DNA of 64,000 nucleotides from Eledone cirrhosa (lineage: Eukaryota), in NCBI GenBank assembly GCA_964016885.1, contig OZ024746.1, positions 13,826,001 to 13,890,000 of the forward strand. Direction: 5' to 3'. Position 1 is the first letter of the stretch, and each line of letters starts with the position of its first letter. Positions 14,141-30,000 of this stretch are shown here, piece by piece. Below the pieces are notes generated by a model. That model saw nothing but the letters and a program-made list of their open reading frames with translations. It was not told the origin of the DNA and did not search any database. The position numbers and the translations under genes are program-made.

Positions 14141-14818
14141 TCAAACCACTTCTCCCATGACCAATCCAACATGGAAGATGAAAGTAAAGAGCCAATGGTT
14201 GAAAAGAAACGATCTTTAACATGTATATACATTTTATAGAAGTAACCAACCAATATATTTACAGTTAAAACATACAAACATCTCCCAAAGAAGAAGCTTT
14301 TGGCAGATTAACAGAAAAGTAGTACGAGACACGAAAAGAAGGCGATTAACAAAATGAATTTTAATGGAAAAATCTAGTATGGTGACTTCCAAACATATGC
14401 ATGCCTTGGATTGATTTAGTGATGTGTATGGTGTAGTCCAAAATTCCTCAATAAATTATAAACTCCTAGATCATCAAAACATGTTTGGCATTGGCAAACA
14501 TTCCGACTAACATATGTAATCAATTATACCAAATAGAGTAATAAGTACACAAATAACAAGTATACTGGATATACAAGAGTAAAAGGAAGAATATTCCAAG
14601 AATTCTTTTAATAATAGCTTTAAACCTACAATTGAATAATTTTATAAACTCGTTAAAACTATTCATGTTTCAGTTTCAGATAGATTTGGTCCGATGGACG
14701 CCGCACTAAGGTTCAGCGAGGAGAGAAAGATACTGACATTTCTATAAAATTTAAGTTGTTAGAAGTGTTTGCTAGAAGTGTCACACTGTATCATATTGCC
14801 AATGATTGAAATAAATCA

Positions 14819-15011
14819 GAGTAGAGAGAGGAGGAGAGGAGAGGAGAGAAGATGGGAGAGAGGGGGAGAGGAGAGAAGAAGAAAGAGAGATGGAGAGGAG
14901 AGAAGAAGAAAGAGGGAGGGAGAGAGAGAGAGGTGAGAAGAATAGAGAGAGGGGGAGAGGAGACTAGAGAAAAAGAAAGAGAGGTGGAGAGAGAGAGAAC
15001 GAGGAAGGGAA
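14819..15011. repeat. GA-rich low-complexity tract abutting the satellite
   Basis: Directly visible. Confidence 0.9.
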
Positions 15012-18000
15012 TTAAATAGTTTAGTACCGACTAACTCTGGAATACACTGTTAAATAGTTTAGTGAGGACTAACTCTGGAATACACTGTTAAGTAGTTTAG
15101 TGAGGACTAACTGTGGAATACACTATTAAGTAGTTTAGTGAGGACTAACTCTGGAATACACTGTTAAATAGTTTAGTGAGGACTAACTCTGGAATACACT
15201 GTTAAATAGTTTAGTGAGGACTAACTCTGGAATACACTGTTAAGTAGTTTAGTGAGGACTAACTGTGGAATACACTGTTAAGTAGTTTAGTGAGGACTAA
15301 CTCTGGAATACACTGTTAAATAGTTTAGTACGGACTAACTCTGGAATACACTGTTAAATAGTTTAGTACGGACTAACTCTGGAATACACTGTTAAGTAGC
15401 TTAGTACGGACTAACTCTGGAATACACTGTTAAATAGTTTAGTACGGACTAACTCTGGAATACACTGTTAAATAGTTTAGTACGGACTAACTCTGGAATA
15501 CACTGTTAAATAGTTTAGTACGGACTAACTCTGGAATACACTGTTAAATAGTTTAGTACGGACTAACTCTGGAATACACTGTTAAGTAGTTTAGTACGGA
15601 CTAACTCTGGAATACACTGTTAAATAGTTTAGTACGGACTAACTCTGGAATACACTGTTAAGTAGTTTAGTACGAACTAACTCTGGAATACACTGTTAAA
15701 TAGTTTAGTACGGACTAACTCTGGAATACACTGTTAAGTAGTTTAGTACGGACTAACTCTGGAATACACTGTTAAATAGTTTAGTACGGACTAACTCTGG
15801 AATACACTGTTAAGTAGTTTAGTACGGACTAACTCTGGAATACACTGTTAAATAGTTTAGTACGGACTAACTCTGGAATACACTGTTAAGTAGTTTAGTG
15901 AGGACTAACTGTGGAATACACTGTTAAATAGTTTAGTGAGGACTAACTGTGGAATACACTGTTAAATAGTTTAGTGAGGACTAACTCTGGAATACACTGT
16001 TAAATAGTTTAGTGAGGACTAACTCTGGAATACACTGTTAAATAGTTTAGTGAGGACTAACTGTGGAATACACTGTTAAATAGTTTAGTGAGGACTAACT
16101 CTGGAATACACTGTTAAATAGTTTAGTACGGACTAACTCTGGAATACACTGTTAAATAGTTTAGTACGGACTAACTGTGGAATACACTGCTAAATAGTTT
16201 AGTACGGACTAACTGTGGAATACACTGTTAAATAGTTTAGTACGGACTAACTGTGGAATACACTATTAAATAGTTTAGTGAGGACTAACTCTGGAATACA
16301 CTGTTAAATAGTTTAGTGAGGACTAACTCTGGAATACACTGTTAAATAGTTTAGTGAGCACTAACTGTGGAATACACTATTAAGTAGTTTAGTACGGACT
16401 AACTCTGGAATACACTGTTAAATAGTTTAGTACGGACTAACTCTGGAATACACTGTTAAGTAGTTTAGTGAGGACTAACTCTGGAATAGACTGTTAAGTA
16501 GTTTAGTACGGACTAACTCTGGAATACACTGTTAAGTAGTTTAGTACGGACTAACTCTGGAATACACTGTTAAGTAGTTTAGTACGGACTAACTCTGGAA
16601 TACACTGTTAAGCAGTTTAGTACGGACTAACTCTGGAATACACTGTTAAGTAGTTTAGTACGGATTAACTCTGGAATACACTGTTAAGTAGTTTAGTGAG
16701 GACTAACTCTGGAATACACTGTTAAATAGTTTAGTACGGACTAACTCTGGAATACACTGTTAAGTAGTTTAGTACGGACTAACTCTGGAATACACTGTTA
16801 AGTAGTTTAGTACGGACTAACTCTGGAATACACTGTTAAATAGTTTAGTACGGACTAACTCTGGAATACACTGTTAAGTAGTTTAGTACGGACTAACTCT
16901 GGAATACACTGTTAAATAGTTTAGTGAGGACTAACTGTGGAATACACTGTTAAATAGTTTAGTACGGACTAACTCTGGAATACACTGTTAAGAAGTTTAG
17001 TACGGACTAACTCTGGAATACACTGTTAAGTAGTTTAGTACGGACTAACTCTGGAATACACTGTTAAGTAGTTTAGTACGGACTAACTCTGGAATACACT
17101 GTTAAATAGTTTAGTACGAACTAACTCTGGAATACACTGTTAAATAGTTTAGTACGGACTAACTCTGGAATACACTGTTAAGTAGTTTAGTGAGGACTAA
17201 CTCTGGAATACACTGTTAAATAGTTTAGTGAGGACTAACTCTGGAATACACCGTTAAATAGTTTAGTACGGACTAACTCTGGAATACACTGTTAAATAGT
17301 TTAGTGAGGACTAACTCTGGAATACACTATTAAGTAGTTTAGTACGGACTAACTCTGGAATACACTGTTAAATAGTTTAGTACGAACTAACTCTGGAATA
17401 CACTGTTAAATAGTTTAGTACGGACTAACTCTGGAATACACTGTTAAGTAGTTTAGTGAGGACTAACTCTGGAATACACTGTTAAATAGTTTAGTGAGGA
17501 CTAACTCTGGAATACACCGTTAAATAGTTTAGTACGGACTAACTCTGGAATACACTGTTAAATAGTTTAGTGAGGACTAACTCTGGAATACACTATTAAG
17601 TAGTTTAGTACGGACTAACTCTGGAATACACTGTTAAGTAGTTAAGTGAGGACTAACACTGGAATACACTGTTAAATAGTTTAGTACGGACTAACTCTGG
17701 AATACACTGTTAAATAGTTTAGTGAGGACTAACTCTGGAATACACTGTTAAATAGTTTAGTGAGGACTAACTCTGGAATACACTGTTAAGTAGTTTAGTA
17801 CGGACTAACACTGGAATACACTGTTAAATAGTTTAGTACGGACTAACTCTGGAATACACTGTTAAGTAGTTTAGTACGGACTAACTCTGGAATACACTGT
17901 TAAGTAGTTTAGTGAGGACTAACTCTGGAATACACTGTTAAATAGTTTAGTACGGACTAACTCTAGAATACACTGTTAAGTAGTTTAGTACGGACTAACT

Positions 18001-21000
18001 CTGGAATACACTGTTAAATAGTCTAGTACGGACTAACTCTGGAATACACTGTTAAATAGTTTAGTACGGACTAACACTGGAATACACTGTTAAATAGTTT
18101 AGTGAGGACTAACTCTGGAATACACTGTTAAGTAGTTTAGTACGGACTAACTCTGGAATACACTGTTAAATAGTTTAGTACGGACTAACTCTGGAATACA
18201 CTGTTAAGTAGTTTAGTACGGACTAACTCTGGAATACACTGTTAAGTAGTTTAGTACGGACTAACTCTGGAATACACTGTTAAATAGTTTAGTACGGACT
18301 AACTCTGGAATACACTGTTAAGTAGTTTAGTACGGACTAACTCTGGAATACACTGTTAAATAGTTTAGTGAGGACTAACTCTGGAATACACTGTTAAATA
18401 GTTTAGTACGGACTAACTCTGGAATACACTGTTAAATAGTTTAGTGAGGACTCACTCTGGAATACACTGTTAAATAGTTTAGTGAGGACTAACTCTGGAA
18501 TACACTGTTAAATAGTTTAGTGAGGACTAACTCTGGAATACACTGTTAAATAGTTTAGTACGGACTAACTCTGGAATACACTGTTAAATAGTTTAGTGAG
18601 GACTAACTCTGGAATACACTATTAAGTAGTTTAGTACGGACTAACTCTGGAATACACTGTTAAATAGTTTAGTGAGGACTAACTCTGGAATACACTGTTA
18701 AATAGTTTAGTACGGACTAACTCTGGAATACACTGTTAAATAGCTTAGTACGGACTAACTCTGGAATACACTGTTAAATAGTTTAGTGAGGACTAACTCT
18801 GGAATACACTGTTAAATAGTTTAGTGAGGACTAACTCTGGAATACACTGTTAAATAGTTTAGTGAGGACTAACTCTGGAATACACTGTTAAATAGTTTAG
18901 TGAGGACTAACTCTGGAATACACTGTTAAATAGTTTAGTGAGGACTAACTCTGGAATACACTGTTAAATAGTTTAGTGAGGACTAACTCTGGAATACACT
19001 GTTAAATAGTTTAGTGAGGACTAACTCTGGAATACACTGTTAAATAGTTTAGTGAGGACTAACTCTGGAATACACTGTTAAATAGTTTAGTGAGGACTAA
19101 CTCTGGAATACACTGTTAAATAGTTTAGTACGGACTAACTCTGGAATACACTGTTAAATAGTTTAGTGAGGACTAACTCTGGAATACACTGTTAAATAGT
19201 TTAGTGAGGACTAACTCTGGAATACACTGTTAAATAGTTTAGTGAGGACTAACTCTGGAATACACTGTTAAATAGTTTAGTGAGGACTAACTCTGGAATA
19301 CACTGTTAAATAGTTTAGTACGGACTAACTCTGGAATACACTGTTAAATAGTTTAGTACGGACTAACTCTGGAATACACTGTTAAATAGTTTAGTGAGGA
19401 CTAACTCTGGAATACACTGTTAAATAGTTTAGTGAGGACTAACTCTGGAATACACTGTTAAATAGTTTAGTACGGACTAACTCTGGAATACACTGTTAAA
19501 TAGTTTAGTGAGGACTAACTCTGGAATACACTATTAAGTAGTTTAGTACGGACTAACTCTGGAATACACTGTTAAATAGTTTAGTGAGGACTAACTCTGG
19601 AATACACTGTTAAATAGTTTAGTACGGACTAACTCTGGAATACACTGTTAAATAGTTTAGTACGGACTAACTCTGGAATACACTGTTAAATAGTTTAGTG
19701 AGGACTAACTCTGGAATACACTGTTAAATAGTTTAGTGAGGACTAACTCTGGAATACACTGTTAAATAGTTTAGTGAGGACTAACTCTGGAATACACTGT
19801 TAAATAGTTTAGTGAGGACTAACTCTGGAATACACTGTTAAATAGTTTAGTGAGGACTAACTCTGGAATACACTGTTAAATAGTTTAGTGAGGACTAACT
19901 CTGGAATACACTGTTAAATAGTTTAGTGAGGACTAACTCTGGAATACACTATTAAATAGTTTAGTGAGGACTAACTCTGGAATACACTGTTAAATAGTTT
20001 AGTGAGGACTAACTCTGGAATACACTGTTAAATAGTTTAGTGAGGACTAACTCTGGAATACACTGTTAACTAGTTTAGTGAGGACTAACTCTGGAATACA
20101 CTGTTAAATAGTTTAGTGAGGAATAACTCTGGAATACACTGTTAAATAGTTTAGTACGGACTAACTCTGGAATACACTGTTAAATAGTTTAGTAGGACTA
20201 ACTCTGGAATACACTGTTAAATAGTTTAGTACGGACTAACTCTGGAATACACTGTTAAATAGTTTAGTGAGTACTAACTCTGGAATACACTGTTAAATAG
20301 TTTAGTGAGGACTAACTCTGGAATACACTGTTAAATAGTTTAGTGAGGACTAACTCTGGAATACACTGTTAAATAGTTTAGTGAGGACTAACTCTGGAAT
20401 ACACTGTTAAATAGTTTAGTGAGGACTAACTCTGGAATACACTGTTAAATAGTTTAGTGAGGACTAACTCTGGAATACACTGTTAAATAGTTTAGTGAGG
20501 ACTAACTCTGGAATACACTGTTAAATAGTTTAGTACGGACTAACTCTGGAATACACTGTTAAATAGTTTAGTGAGGACTAACTCTGGAATACACTGTTAA
20601 ATAGTTTAGTGAGGACTAACTCTGGAATACACTGTTAAATAGTTTAGTGAGGACTAACTCTGGAATACACTGTTAAATAGTTTAGTGAGGACTAACTCTG
20701 GAATACACTGTTAAATAGTTTAGTACGGACTAACTCTGGAATACACTGTTAAATAGTTTAGTACGGACTAACTCTGGAATACACTGTTAAATAGTTTAGT
20801 GAGGACTAACTCTGGAATACACTGTTAAATAGTTTAGTGAGGACTAACTCTGGAATACACTGTTAAATAGTTTAGTGAGGACTAACTCTGGAATACACTG
20901 TTAAATAGTTTAGTACGGACTAACTATGGAATACACTGTTAAATAGTTTAGTACGGACTAACTCTGGAATACAGTTAAATAGTTTAGTGAGGACTAACTC

Positions 21001-24000
21001 TGGAATACACTGTTAAATAGTTTAGTGAGGACTAACTCTGGAATACACTGTTAAATAGTTTAGTACGGACTAACTCTGGAATACACTGTTAAATAGTTTA
21101 GTACGGACTAACTCTGGAATACACTGTTAAATAGTTTAGTGAGGACTAACTCTGGAATACACTGTTAAATAGTTTAGTACGGACTAACTCTGGAATACAC
21201 TGTTAAATAGTTTAGTACGGACTAACTCTGGAATACACTGTTAAATAGTTTAGTACGGACTAACTCTGGAATACACTGTTAAATAGTTTAGTACGGACTA
21301 ACTCTGGAATACACTGTTAAATAGTTTAGTGAGGACTAACTCTGGAATACACTGTTAAATAGTTTAGTGAGGACTAACTCTGGAATACACTGTTAAGTAG
21401 TTTAGTACGGACTAACTCTGGAATACACTGTTAAATAGTTTAGTACGAACTAACTCTGGAATACACTGTTAAGTAGTTTAGTGAGGAATAACTCTGGAAT
21501 ACACTGTTAAATAGTTTAGTGAGGACTAACTCTGGAATACACTGTTAAATAGTTTAGTGAGGGCTAACTCTGGAATACACTGTTAAATAGTTTAGTGAGG
21601 ACTAACTCTGGAATACACTGTTAAGTAGTTTAGTGAGGACTAACTCTGGAATACACTGTTAAATAGTTTAGTGAGGGCTAACTCTGGAATACACTGTTAA
21701 ATAGTTTAGTACCAACTAACTCTGGAATACACTGTTAAATAGTTTAGTACGGACTAACTCTGGAATACACTGTTAAGTAGTTTAGTGAGGACTAACTCTG
21801 GAATACACTGTTAAATAGTTTAGTGAGGACTAACTCTGGAATACACTGTTAAATAGTTTAGTGAGGACTAACTCTGGAACACACTGTTAAATAGTTTAGT
21901 GAGGGCTAACTCTGGAATACACTGTTAAATAGTTTAGTACCAACTAACTCTGGAATACACTGTTAAATAGTTTAGTACGGACTAACTCTGGAATACACTG
22001 TTAAGTAGTTTAGTGAGGACTAACTCTGGAATACACTGTTAAATAGTTTAGTGAGGACTAACTCTGGAATACACTGTTAAATAGTTTAGTGAGAACTAAC
22101 TCTGGAATACACTGTTAAATAGTTTAGTGAGGACTAACTCTGGAATACACTGTTAAGTAGTTTAGTGAGGACTAACTCTGGAATACACTGTTAAATAGTT
22201 TAGTGAGGACTAACTCTGGAATACACTGTTAAATAATTTAGTACGGACTAACTCTGGAATACACTGTTAAATAGTTTAGTACGGACTAACTCTGGAATAC
22301 ACTATTAAGTAGTTTAGTACGGACTAACTCTGGAATACACTATTAAGTAGTTTAGTACGGACTAACTCTGGAATACACTGTTAAATAGTTTAGTACGAAC
22401 TAACTCTGGAATACACTGTTAAGTAGTTTAGTGAGGACGAACTCTGGAATACACTATTAAGTAGTTTAGTACGGACTAACTCTGGAATACACTGTTAAAT
22501 AGTTTAGTGAGGACTAACTGTGGAATACACTGTTAAATAGTTTAGTGAGGACTAACTGTGGAATACACTATTAAGTAGTTTAGTACGGACTAACTCTGGA
22601 ATACACTGTTAAATAGTTTAGTACGGACTAACTCTGGAATACACTGTTAAGTAGTTTAGTACGAACTAACTCGGGAATACTCTGTTAAATAGTTTAGTAC
22701 GGACTAACTCTGGAATACACTGTTAAATAGTTTAGTGAGGACTAACTCTGGAATACACTGTTAAATAGTTTAGTACGGACTAACTCTGGAATACACTGTT
22801 AAATAGTTTAGTGAGGACTAACTCTGGAATACACTATTAAGTAGTTTAGTACGGACTAACTCTGGAATACACTGTTAAATAGTTTAGTGAGGACTAACTC
22901 TGGAATACACTGTTAAATAGTTTAGTACGGACTAACTCTGGAATACACTGTTAAATAGCTTAGTACGGACTAACTCTGGAATACACTGTTAAATAGTTTA
23001 GTGAGGACTAACTCTGGAATACACTGTTAAATAGTTTAGTGAGGACTAACTCTGGAATACACTGTTAAATAGTTTAGTGAGGACTAACTCTGGAATACAC
23101 TGTTAAATAGTTTAGTGAGGACTAACTCTGGAATACACTGTTAAATAGTTTAGTGAGGACTAACTCTGGAATACACTGTTAAATAGTTTAGTGAGGACTA
23201 ACTCTGGAATACACTGTTAAATAGTTTAGTGAGGACTAACTCTGGAATACACTGTTAAATAGTTTAGTGAGGACTAACTCTGGAATACACTGTTAAATAG
23301 TTTAGTGAGGACTAACTCTGGAATACACTGTTAAATAGTTTAGTACGGACTAACTCTGGAATACACTGTTAAATAGTTTAGTGAGGACTAACTCTGGAAT
23401 ACACTGTTAAATAGTTTAGTGAGGACTAACTCTGGAATACACTGTTAAATAGTTTAGTGAGGACTAACTCTGGAATACACTGTTAAATAGTTTAGTGAGG
23501 ACTAACTCTGGAATACACTGTTAAATAGTTTAGTACGGACTAACTCTGGAATACACTGTTAAATAGTTTAGTACGGACTAACTCTGGAATACACTGTTAA
23601 ATAGTTTAGTGAGGACTAACTCTGGAATACACTGTTAAATAGTTTAGTGAGGACTAACTCTGGAATACACTGTTAAATAGTTTAGTACGGACTAACTCTG
23701 GAATACACTGTTAAATAGTTTAGTGAGGACTAACTCTGGAATACACTATTAAGTAGTTTAGTACGGACTAACTCTGGAATACACTGTTAAATAGTTTAGT
23801 GAGGACTAACTCTGGAATACACTGTTAAATAGTTTAGTACGGACTAACTCTGGAATACACTGTTAAATAGTTTAGTACGGACTAACTCTGGAATACACTG
23901 TTAAATAGTTTAGTGAGGACTAACTCTGGAATACACTGTTAAATAGTTTAGTGAGGACTAACTCTGGAATACACTGTTAAATAGTTTAGTGAGGACTAAC

Positions 24001-27000
24001 TCTGGAATACACTGTTAAATAGTTTAGTGAGGACTAACTCTGGAATACACTGTTAAATAGTTTAGTGAGGACTAACTCTGGAATACACTGTTAAATAGTT
24101 TAGTGAGGACTAACTCTGGAATACACTGTTAAATAGTTTAGTGAGGACTAACTCTGGAATACACTATTAAATAGTTTAGTGAGGACTAACTCTGGAATAC
24201 ACTGTTAAATAGTTTAGTGAGGACTAACTCTGGAATACACTGTTAAATAGTTTAGTGAGGACTAACTCTGGAATACACTGTTAACTAGTTTAGTGAGGAC
24301 TAACTCTGGAATACACTGTTAAATAGTTTAGTGAGGAATAACTCTGGAATACACTGTTAAATAGTTTAGTACGGACTAACTCTGGAATACACTGTTAAAT
24401 AGTTTAGTAGGACTAACTCTGGAATACACTGTTAAATAGTTTAGTACGGACTAACTCTGGAATACACTGTTAAATAGTTTAGTGAGTACTAACTCTGGAA
24501 TACACTGTTAAATAGTTTAGTGAGGACTAACTCTGGAATACACTGTTAAATAGTTTAGTGAGGACTAACTCTGGAATACACTGTTAAATAGTTTAGTGAG
24601 GACTAACTCTGGAATACACTGTTAAATAGTTTAGTGAGGACTAACTCTGGAATACACTGTTAAATAGTTTAGTGAGGACTAACTCTGGAATACACTGTTA
24701 AATAGTTTAGTGAGGACTAACTCTGGAATACACTGTTAAATAGTTTAGTACGGACTAACTCTGGAATACACTGTTAAATAGTTTAGTGAGGACTAACTCT
24801 GGAATACACTGTTAAATAGTTTAGTGAGGACTAACTCTGGAATACACTGTTAAATAGTTTAGTGAGGACTAACTCTGGAATACACTGTTAAATAGTTTAG
24901 TGAGGACTAACTCTGGAATACACTGTTAAATAGTTTAGTACGGACTAACTCTGGAATACACTGTTAAATAGTTTAGTACGGACTAACTCTGGAATACACT
25001 GTTAAATAGTTTAGTGAGGACTAACTCTGGAATACACTGTTAAATAGTTTAGTGAGGACTAACTCTGGAATACACTGTTAAATAGTTTAGTGAGGACTAA
25101 CTCTGGAATACACTGTTAAATAGTTTAGTACGGACTAACTATGGAATACACTGTTAAATAGTTTAGTACGGACTAACTCTGGAATACAGTTAAATAGTTT
25201 AGTGAGGACTAACTCTGGAATACACTGTTAAATAGTTTAGTGAGGACTAACTCTGGAATACACTGTTAAATAGTTTAGTACGGACTAACTCTGGAATACA
25301 CTGTTAAATAGTTTAGTACGGACTAACTCTGGAATACACTGTTAAATAGTTTAGTGAGGACTAACTCTGGAATACACTGTTAAATAGTTTAGTACGGACT
25401 AACTCTGGAATACACTGTTAAATAGTTTAGTACGGACTAACTCTGGAATACACTGTTAAATAGTTTAGTACGGACTAACTCTGGAATACACTGTTAAATA
25501 GTTTAGTACGGACTAACTCTGGAATACACTGTTAAATAGTTTAGTGAGGACTAACTCTGGAATACACTGTTAAATAGTTTAGTGAGGACTAACTCTGGAA
25601 TACACTGTTAAGTAGTTTAGTACGGACTAACTCTGGAATACACTGTTAAATAGTTTAGTACGAACTAACTCTGGAATACACTGTTAAGTAGTTTAGTGAG
25701 GAATAACTCTGGAATACACTGTTAAATAGTTTAGTGAGGACTAACTCTGGAATACACTGTTAAATAGTTTAGTGAGGGCTAACTCTGGAATACACTGTTA
25801 AATAGTTTAGTGAGGACTAACTCTGGAATACACTGTTAAGTAGTTTAGTGAGGACTAACTCTGGAATACACTGTTAAATAGTTTAGTGAGGGCTAACTCT
25901 GGAATACACTGTTAAATAGTTTAGTACCAACTAACTCTGGAATACACTGTTAAATAGTTTAGTACGGACTAACTCTGGAATACACTGTTAAGTAGTTTAG
26001 TGAGGACTAACTCTGGAATACACTGTTAAATAGTTTAGTGAGGACTAACTCTGGAATACACTGTTAAATAGTTTAGTGAGGACTAACTCTGGAACACACT
26101 GTTAAATAGTTTAGTGAGGGCTAACTCTGGAATACACTGTTAAATAGTTTAGTACCAACTAACTCTGGAATACACTGTTAAATAGTTTAGTACGGACTAA
26201 CTCTGGAATACACTGTTAAGTAGTTTAGTGAGGACTAACTCTGGAATACACTGTTAAATAGTTTAGTGAGGACTAACTCTGGAATACACTGTTAAATAGT
26301 TTAGTGAGAACTAACTCTGGAATACACTGTTAAATAGTTTAGTGAGGACTAACTCTGGAATACACTGTTAAGTAGTTTAGTGAGGACTAACTCTGGAATA
26401 CACTGTTAAATAGTTTAGTGAGGACTAACTCTGGAATACACTGTTAAATAATTTAGTACGGACTAACTCTGGAATACACTGTTAAATAGTTTAGTACGGA
26501 CTAACTCTGGAATACACTATTAAGTAGTTTAGTACGGACTAACTCTGGAATACACTATTAAGTAGTTTAGTACGGACTAACTCTGGAATACACTGTTAAA
26601 TAGTTTAGTACGAACTAACTCTGGAATACACTGTTAAGTAGTTTAGTGAGGACGAACTCTGGAATACACTATTAAGTAGTTTAGTACGGACTAACTCTGG
26701 AATACACTGTTAAATAGTTTAGTGAGGACTAACTGTGGAATACACTGTTAAATAGTTTAGTGAGGACTAACTGTGGAATACACTATTAAGTAGTTTAGTA
26801 CGGACTAACTCTGGAATACACTGTTAAATAGTTTAGTACGGACTAACTCTGGAATACACTGTTAAGTAGTTTAGTACGAACTAACTCGGGAATACTCTGT
26901 TAAATAGTTTAGTACGGACTAACTCTGGAATACACTGTTAAATAGTTTAGTGAGGACTAACTCTGGAATACACTGTTAAATAGTTTAGTGAGGACTAACT

Positions 27001-30000
27001 CTGGAATACACTGTTAAATAGTTTAGTGAGGACTTACTCTGGAATACACTGTTAAATAGTTTAGTACGGACTAACTCTGGAATACACTGTTAAATAGTTT
27101 AGTACGGACTAACTCTGGAATACACTGTTAAATAGTTTAGTGAGGACTAACTCTGGAATACACTGTTAAGTAGTTTAGTGAGGACTAACTCTGGAATACA
27201 CTATTAAGTAGTTTAGTTTGGACTAACTCTGGAATACACTATTAAGTAGTTTAGTACGGACTAACTCTGGAATACACTGTTCAATAGTTTAGTACGAACT
27301 AACTCTGGAATACACTGTTAAGTAGTTTAGTACGGACTAACTCTGGAATACACTATTAAGTAGTTTAGTACGGACTAACTCTGGAATACACTATTAAGTA
27401 GTTTAGTACGGACTAACTCTGGAATACACTGTTAAATAGTTTAGTACGAACTAACTCTGGAATACACTGTTAAGTAGTTTAGTACGGACTAACTCTGGAA
27501 TACACTGTTAAGTAGTTTAGTGAGGACTAACTCTGGAATACACTGTTAAATAGTTTAGTACGGACTAACTCTGGAATACACTGTTAAGTAGTTTAGTGAG
27601 GACTAACTCTGGAATACACTGTTAAGTAGTTTAGTACGAACTAACTCTGGAATACACTGTTAAGTAGTTTAGTGAGGACTAACTCTGGAATACACTGTTA
27701 AGTAGTTTAGTACGAACTAACTCTGGAATACACTGTTAAGTAGTTTAGTACGGACTAACTCTGGAATACTTTATTAAGTAGTTTAGTACGGACTAACTCT
27801 GGAATACACTATTAAGTAGTTTAGTACGGACTAACTCTGGAATACACTGTTAAATAGTTTAGTACGAACTAACTCTGGAATACACTGTTAAGTAGTTTAG
27901 TACGGACTAACTCTGGAATACACTGTTAAGTAGTTTAGTGAGGACTAACTCTGGAATACACTGTTAAGTAGTTTAGTGAGGACTAACTCTGGAATACACT
28001 ATTAAGTAGTTTAGTACGGACTAACTCTGGAATACACTATTAAGTAGTTTAGTGAGGACTAACTCTGGAATACACTGTTAAATAGTTTAGTGAGGACTAA
28101 CTCTGGAATACACTGTTAAGTAGTTTAGTGAGGACTAACTCTGGAATACACTGTTAAGTAGTTTAGTGAGGACTAACTGTGGAATACACTGTTAAGTAGT
28201 TTAGTGAGGACTAACTCTGGAATACACTGTTAAGTAGTTTAGTGAGGACTAACTCTGGAATACACTATTAAGTAGTTTAGTACGGACTAACTCTGGAATA
28301 CACTGTTAAGTAGTTTAGTGAGGACTAACTCTGGAATACACTGTTAAGTAGTTTAGTGAGGACTAACTCTGGAATACACTGTTAAGTAGTTTAGTGAGGA
28401 CTAACTGTGGAAAACACTGTTAAGTAGTTTAGTGAGGACTAACTCTGGAATACACTGTTAAGTAGTTTAGTGAGGACTAACTGTGGAATACACTGTTAAG
28501 TAGTTTAGTGAGGACTAACTCTGGAATACACTGTTAAGTAGTTTAGTGAGGACTAACTGTGGAATACACTGTTAAGTAGTTTAGTGAGGACTAACTCTGG
28601 AATACACTGTTAAGTAGTTTAGTGAGGACTAACTGTGGAATACACTGTTAAGTAGTTTAGTGAGGACTAACTCTGGAATACACTGTTAAGTAGTTTAGTG
28701 AGGACTAACTCTGGAATACACTGTTAAGTAGTTTAGTGAGGACTAACTCTGGAATACACTGTTAAGTAGTTTAGTGAGGACTAACTGTGGAATACACTGT
28801 TAAGTAGTTTAGTGAGGACTAACTCTGGAATACACTGTTAAGTAGTTTAGTGAGGACTAACTGTGGAATACACTGTTAAGTAGTTTAGTGAGGACTAACT
28901 CTGGAATACACTGTTAAGTAGTTTAGTGAGGACTAACTGTGGAATACACTGTTAAGTAGTTTAGTGAGGACTAACTCTGGAATACACTGTTAAGTAGTTT
29001 AGTGAGGACTAACTGTGGAATACACTGTTAAGTAGTTTAGTGAGGACTAACTCTGGAATACACTATTAAGTAGTTTAGTACGGACTAACTCTGGAATACA
29101 CTGTTAAGTAGTTTAGTGAGGACTAACTCTGGAATACACTATTAAGTAGTTTAGTGAGGACTAACTCTGGAATACACTATTAAGTAGTTTAGTACGGACT
29201 AACTCTGGAATACACTATTAAGTAGTTTAGTGAGGACTAACTCTGGAATACACTATTAAGTAGTTTAGTACGGACTAACTCTGGAATACACTATTAAGTA
29301 GTTTAGTGAGGACTAACTCTGGAATACACTGTTAAGTAGTTTAGTGAGGACTAACTCTGGAATACACTGTTAAGTAGTTTAGTGAGGACTAACTCTGGAA
29401 TACACTGTTAAGTAGTTTAGTGAGGACTAACTGTGGAATACACTGTTAAGTAGTTTAGTGAGGACTAACTCTGGAATACACTATTAAGTAGTTTAGTACG
29501 GACTAACTCTGGAATACACTGTTAAGTAGTTTAGTGAGGACTAACTCTGGAATACACTATTAAGTAGTTTAGTGAGGACTAACTCTGGAATACACTATTA
29601 AGTAGTTTAGTACGGACTAACTCTGGAATACACTATTAAGTAGTTTAGTGAGGACTAACTCTGGAATACACTATTAAGTAGTTTAGTACGGACTAACTCT
29701 GGAATACACTATTAAGTAGTTTAGTGAGGACTAACTCTGGAATACACTGTTAAGTAGTTTAGTGAGGACTAACTCTGGAATACACTGTTAAGTAGTTTAG
29801 TACGAACTAACTCTGGAATACACTGTTAAGTAGTTTAGTACGGACTAACTCTGGAATACTTTATTAAGTAGTTTAGTACGGACTAACTCTGGAATACACT
29901 ATTAAGTAGTTTAGTACGGACTAACTCTGGAATACACTGTTAAATAGTTTAGTACGAACTAACTCTGGAATACACTGTTAAGTAGTTTAGTACGGACTAA

